Shown piece after piece: positions 58,725 through 64,000 of a stretch of DNA of 64,000 nt. Below the pieces are notes generated by a model. It ran no database searches. It worked only from the letters and a program-made list of their open reading frames with translations, and was not told where the DNA came from. The stretch's first letter is position 1. The number at the start of each line of letters is the position of its first letter. A program made the translations under genes and the position numbers. The stretch is from Eledone cirrhosa (taxonomy: Eukaryota): the NCBI GenBank assembly GCA_964016885.1, contig OZ024742.1, positions 37,510,001-37,574,000 of the forward strand, read 5' to 3'.

Positions 58725-59680
58725 CTTACGAAATTTATTTATCAAATCTTCGCTAAACTTATCTAGTGTATGGCCATCACAATTGTATGATAAAGATGGG
58801 TCATCATCTCGGTATATACCATCAGTGTGGGTAGGGAATTTTTTCTTAAGTGTATGAAGAATATATAATCCATTCACACATCAGGATTGTCATATGACCA
58901 CATTGAGACATCAAAACATCTGGTTCAAATTTGTTAACCCATATAGATCAGTTATTAAATAGCAGACATACATGGTAACTTCAATTTCTTGATCACTAAC
59001 TAAAACTACAGGTGAACTCTAAAGCTTTAACTAATAGTGACCTAGAATCTGAGGGGTCCACTATGTCAAACTGTATAAATCTAGCTTTGTTTTGCAAAGA
59101 GACATCTCTTAACCAGGATATGACTGAAGTTGTGTTATTCCTACTGGCTTATTCTAATTTAGTTTATGACCCTTTAGTGTGATAAAAGCATCAACTCTAG
59201 CTAGGCATTAAACTCTAGTGTCAATCTTTAACTTATTATCTATCTATTTAGCTTCATTAATTATATTGATGAATCTACTCTAACTCTCTGATACTTATTT
59301 GTGATAATATTTAGGATAAGTTGATTGTAAGTATCATTATCTACTTTATATAGGTTCTTAGTCTTATTAGAGAAAACAAAACAATAATAAAGAGTTCAAA
59401 TTTTTTAATATTGCTCAAAAGCCCATTTTGATTTTTGTACTTACGGAATTTAATGTTGGAAATCATAACTAAGAGATAGGCTTCTTTAACTCTCGGGGTG
59501 AGGGTACTTACATGACTTAAATGTTCAGTGGTAGTTCTGGGAATTTATTTGTTGAACAGTAGGGCTTTCCATTTCAGGTTCATACAACATTTTCCACTTT
59601 ATCAAGAAGCATCTTGGAATAAAAGGTATTAGTTGGTTTAGGGATATTTTTAGTTGAGTAGTTTATCTCGTATAGGTTCA
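58725..59680 (-). mobile_element. Penelope-like element RT fragment (possibly Naiad-type), decayed
   Basis: Minus strand NYSTKNIP, WKALLF, NKTKNLY, NTTSVISWL, FIQFDIV, FDVSMWSYD, GIYRDD. Confidence 0.75.
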
Positions 59681-60244
59681 CATATCATCAACATCATTCT
59701 CTGTTATCAGTTTATACCTGCATTCAGCGCTGGTGGAGGTTGGATGAATTATCATGGTCCTAAATCAGTTAGGACAACATGCTTGTATGTTCCATATTTA
59801 GCTGGTTGGATGTCCTTTTAACATCAACCAGTTTACAAAGTGTAGCGAGTATGTTTTTCATGGCACCAACACTAATACTTTACAAGATGTAGAGAATGCT
59901 TATTTATATATATAGCTTTTATGACGCAAACGTTTTGTTGGTCCTGCCTCACAAGGACGTCATCTACTAGTAGTCTTGTTTCTAGTTGGGAGTTAAAAAG
60001 CTGTATTGGGGCACACTAGGGATGAGGGATGAGTTTTTCATAGGAATAATTTTTTACTTCATTGGGGTTGGTCATTGATGGGACATATGTGCTGAAGGTT
60101 CAGTCAGGTTCTTCGTTAGAGTAGTCTTGATGACAAAGCCATGTGTGGTGCAGAATGTTGGTCAGATCACAAGCATATTAACCACATCCCTCACCCCACT
60201 ACATCCCCATACATAATCAGCTACCTCCACCCATCCTCATAAAC

Positions 60245-60380
60245 ACACACAGACATATATACGACGGGCTTCTTTTAGTTTCGATCTATCAAATCCACTC
60301 ACAGGGCTTTGGTCGGCTCGGGCAGTAGGACTGAACCCGGAAATATGTGGTTGGGAAACAAGCTTCTTGTCACACTGCAT
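60245..60380 (-). mobile_element. tRNA-derived SINE (second family), deleted
   Basis: Minus strand GGGTTCAGTCC B box and AAAGAAGCCCGTCGTATAT(GT)n tail; related pieces at 45104-45510. Confidence 0.65.
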
Positions 60381-60392
60381 ATATATATATAT

Positions 60393-60745
60393 GGAGGCAC
60401 ATGGCTTAGTGGTTAGAGCATTGGCCTTGCAATCGAAAGGCTGTGAGTTCAATTCTCAGACCGGGTGATGTGTTGTTTCCTTGAGCAAGACACTTTATTT
60501 CATATTGCTCCAGTTTACTCAGCTGTAGAAATGAGATGATAGGGACTGGGGTCCCTATCATTCCACTGTAAAGTGGTCGTGGATGTGCCACAGAAAAAAA
60601 GCACCCAGCACTCACTGTAAATGAGGTTGGTGTTAGGAAGGGCATCCAGGTGTAGAAATCAAGCCAAAAAATCAGTTCCCGTCCCACCCTTGCAAGCAGG
60701 GAAAAAGCGGACGTAAAATGAAATGATGATGATGATGATGATGAT
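60393..60745 (+). mobile_element. tRNA-derived SINE with RTE-like 3' tail
   Basis: TGGCTTAGTGG A box, GAGTTCAATTC B box, CCTTGAGCAAGACACTT core, GGAAAAAGCGGACGTAAAATG(ATG)n end shared with the RTE at 34320. Confidence 0.75.
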
Positions 60746-60944
60746 ATATATATATATATATATGTGTGTGTATAATATATATATTATACACACACACATA
60801 TATATATATAACCTTACACACTTAAATATAAATGCATGTATATATATACAAATGTATAAATGCATAGCTATATATACATACGTAAATGTATGTATGTATG
60901 TAGATTTATATATATATATGTATGTATGTATGTAGATTTATATG

Positions 60945-60976
<32 letters not shown>

Positions 60977-61000
60977 AGTATATGTATGTATGTAGATTTT

Positions 61001-61031
<31 letters not shown>

Positions 61032-61128
61032 ATTTATATATATATGTATGTAGATTTTTATATATATATATATATATAAATCTACATACACACATACATA
61101 TATACATACATTTACGTATGTATATAGT
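60745..61128. repeat. (TA)/(TATG)-rich simple-repeat tract with inverted arms
   Basis: Tandem TATGTATGTAGATTTATATATA units; 60868-60915 inverted at 61070-61127. Confidence 0.85.
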
Positions 61129-62259
61129 TATAACAGAATACTGAGTTGTATGAATATAACAGGAGACTCAGTTGTGTGTATAAAGTTTAATTAACAAGTT
61201 GAAGTTATGTAGAACAGAATGGTTGACAAGTCAAGAGTAGATGAAAGAATGAAGTAAAGTTATTTGTTACCGTTCTGAAGTGAGCATGTTCAGGTTGCCA
61301 GAGAGTAGAGCCTCGGCGAATGCGCCTGGTCGAAGGGCCAGGCTAGTTAGAAGGGAGTGAGATTGCCCTGAGTATCCCTTTTATAGGGTCCCAGGACGGA
61401 AGTGACAAAAAGGGTTCTGCCACCCCAACGGGAAGTAACTCCAGCTACTTCCTGTCTAGAGAGCGGTGATGTGATTGTCATAACAAGGGAGGCAACTCTT
61501 GCTACATTACCTCCCGCCAGATTTTTAAAATATAAAAATCGAATGAACCATGTATGGAGTAAGATGGCGAGCATGTAACACCAAAGTCCAAGCATGAAAA
61601 TTACGAAAAAAATAATGTTTGCAATAAAAGGAAAACAGCAAAATATATATGCATGCAAAAATTAATGATAGATATCAAGGTAGCCAACCGCTCTTGGCGA
61701 GAGAACGACTGGACATCTATCTATCCATCACCCAAAGATACAATGTAATCAAAGTAAAAGAAGAGGTCAAAGTTCAAATGTTCAAAATACAGTTCACCGG
61801 TGTGCAATCACATGACAGCAGGAAAGAAAGTGTGTTCCAGAGAATGTATGCAGGTAGTCCCTAGACTGTGGTACAACGTGAATTTCGGTGGGATTTTCTC
61901 ACAGAAAGAGTGCTGCAAAAATAAATTCTCTGGCTTGTTCTGCTGGTTTTGGTTGTTGATGAAGCTGTGTTGTTGTTGTCTCGCGGAGTGAGGCTATTGA
62001 TGGTCGATGTTGAGAATGCGTTGACCTGGAAGGATCAAGAGGCAAGAGACCATGTTCAGGTTGCCAGAGAGTACAGCCTTGGCGACCGCACCTGGCTAGT
62101 TAGAAGAGAGTGAGAATGCCCTGAGTATCCCTTTTATAGGGTCCCAGGACAGAAGTGACAAAAAGGGTTCTGCCACCCCTACGGGAAGTAACTCCAGCTA
62201 CTTCCTGTCTAGAGAGCGGTGATGTGATTGTCATAACAAGGGAGGTAACTCTTGCTACA
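61129..62259 (-). mobile_element. Deleted LTR retrotransposon remnant (3' LTR 61129-61506; partial 5' LTR 62051-62259)
   Basis: ~210-bp direct repeat starting TGTAGCAAGAG on the minus strand, purine tract at 61507-61518, TATA box, TSD TAGT/TAGC; no PBS or coding region. Confidence 0.8.
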
Positions 62260-63542
62260 TAGCTATGCATTTATATTTAAGTGTGTAACGATGTTGATAT
62301 GATCTATGCCTTCTTATTTTGGTAAGGAGAACATTTTTGTCGCCAGATTTTATTATCTAGGGAGTTTAAATACCACACTTCTGGCTGAAAGCTGACCAGG
62401 TTCTCAACTTCATCACACACTAACGCCGGCCTGTGTGTGTATATATATGTGTGTGTGTATGTATGTATGTTCACCGCCATTGCTTCTCCTTGTCATTTCT
62501 GTTGAAGTAGTCCTTACTTTCATTCTCTTTGATTTCTTTTATCTCCCTAGGGAATTCGTTGACAAGCTTCTTTAATTTATTTTCTTTATTTTCTTCATTC
62601 AAATCACTGACTGTCTAAGAGACGTACAAATATGACTTATAAAACTTACCAAACTAAAAGGGCTTCTAGCGCCCTCAAAGTTTCAAACGCCCCCTTACTA
62701 CATAACACTCACCTGGGGCTACGAAACGCCTCCCCGCCGGCATATGCCCCCCCGTTGAGAACCTTTAATCTACATGATAACCGCACCCTATACATGCTGT
62801 AAAGTGGTTGGTCATTAGAAGGGCATCAAGCCATAGAAAGCTTGGGAGGATCCTTTAGTTATGTCAAGGACATGACACCCTTGCTAGTGCTGGTGATCTA
62901 CAGAATAAAAACACACAGTACATGCTGTAAAGTGATGGTGTTAGGAAGTGCATCCAGCTGTAGAAAGCTGACGAAACAAGGGGTTAGGAAGATCCGTCAG
63001 TTTGTGTCAAAAGTCACAACTCCTCCGCACTCTATAATGACCATTCGTAAGTGGGATACAAACATCCTCGGCTTGTCTGGGACGTCAGTGGCTCCGCTTC
63101 AGTACTAATTTGGTCAATATAGACCCCGTCCAACCCCTGCCTGCAGGGAAAGCGTACATTAAATGATGATGATGATACCAACAGTCTCTGTCAGAATCTG
63201 GCAAGTGGCAAAAAATACATTCAGCTTGAACTATCCTTGCAATATCAAGAAGCAAGTCATCATCGTCATCATCATCATCTTCGTTTAACGTCCATTTTCC
63301 ACGCTAGCATGGCTTAGATGGGAGTTGTCCCACTTGAGGCAAGGTTGGTCGGGTGACCGTGTCTCGCTCATATAGGACTATCTGGCAGGTTTTCTATGGC
63401 TGGATGCCCTTCCTAACACCAACCACATTTACAGTGTGGACTAGGAACTTTTTACCGTGTTACCTACATAGCCACATTAACAGCGTGAACTGTGTTTTTT
63501 TTGTCGTGACACCTACACGATCTCAATCTCATTATCTCATTT

Positions 63543-63719
63543 TGGCAGTATAGGTAGAGAGTCGGACGCCATGATTTGACGCAAAGAGTTACGGCCCTTT
63601 CCATTCTGAGTTCAAATCCCGCCGAGGTTAATTTTGCCTTTCATCCTTACGGGGTCGATAAAATAAAATACCAGTAATACACTGGGATATTTGCTGGCCT
63701 TGTGCCAAAAGTAGAAACA
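63543..63719 (+). mobile_element. tRNA-derived SINE
   Basis: Same family as 16359; 12-bp TSD ATTATCTCATTT. Confidence 0.88.
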
Positions 63720-63839
63720 ATTATCTCATTTATTTGGACTGGATATTCTGGTACCAACTTTACAGAGAGAGGGTGGTGTTGGTGGGAGTGAGAGGATGGA
63801 GTAGAGGTAGAGGATTGGGGTGTATATTTGGTTAAGAGG

Positions 63840-64000
63840 TGCCTACTGACTGTAGGTTTCGCTTTGTACATAGGGGGGGTCTTCTGTTTAACTGCGTAGC
63901 GCCAAAGGTCTCGGTCCAGTGACATTGTCTTAGAGAGGTGCAAGTGTGTAAGGTCGGAATTTATCAGATCGTCCCAGGTTTTTCTGGGTCTACCTACTCC
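63840..64000 (-). mobile_element. RTE LINE 3' end running off the window
   Basis: Minus strand GRPRKTWDDLINSDL..DRDLWRYAVK. Confidence 0.75.

Noticed and set aside
59920-59970. Third hammerhead upstream of the Penelope RT
   Set aside because: A GTCCT/AGGAC stem follows GATGA on the minus strand, but both CTGA and GAAA are missing.
60659-61144. Y/I/M-rich ORFs
   Set aside because: Translations of (TA)n and (TATG)n microsatellites.

Overview
AT-rich eukaryotic genomic DNA, very probably a coleoid cephalopod (octopus-like), judged from the YHCDICGK-type tandem C2H2 fingers, the tRNA-derived SINEs and the transposon mix; this is an inference. The only host genes are a small cluster of C2H2 zinc-finger genes on the + strand (27189-27938, 42553-43770, 52897-53610) plus two decayed ZNF remnants. 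The last two genes sit in a recent head-to-tail duplication; the second copy lacks exactly six fingers and carries private TE insertions. The rest is a dense, nested transposon landscape: Merlin (element, MITE, TIR fragment), Chapaev3-like and hAT DNA transposons, two near-complete Gypsy elements, two non-coding LTR derivatives, CR1/L2-group, RTE and CRE LINEs, two Penelope-like elements and many SINEs. Signals the ORF track misses include a minimal hammerhead ribozyme, a ~32-nt tRNA-Trp-like primer-binding site, a hidden tandem PBS, a frameshift shared by two LINE copies, a PHD-like finger inside RTE reverse transcriptase and locally elevated divergence in ZNF fingers 8-10. I found no CRISPR array, rRNA or bona fide tRNA gene, and nothing I can confirm as a wholly new system. 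Boundaries without a TSD or terminal repeat are approximate.
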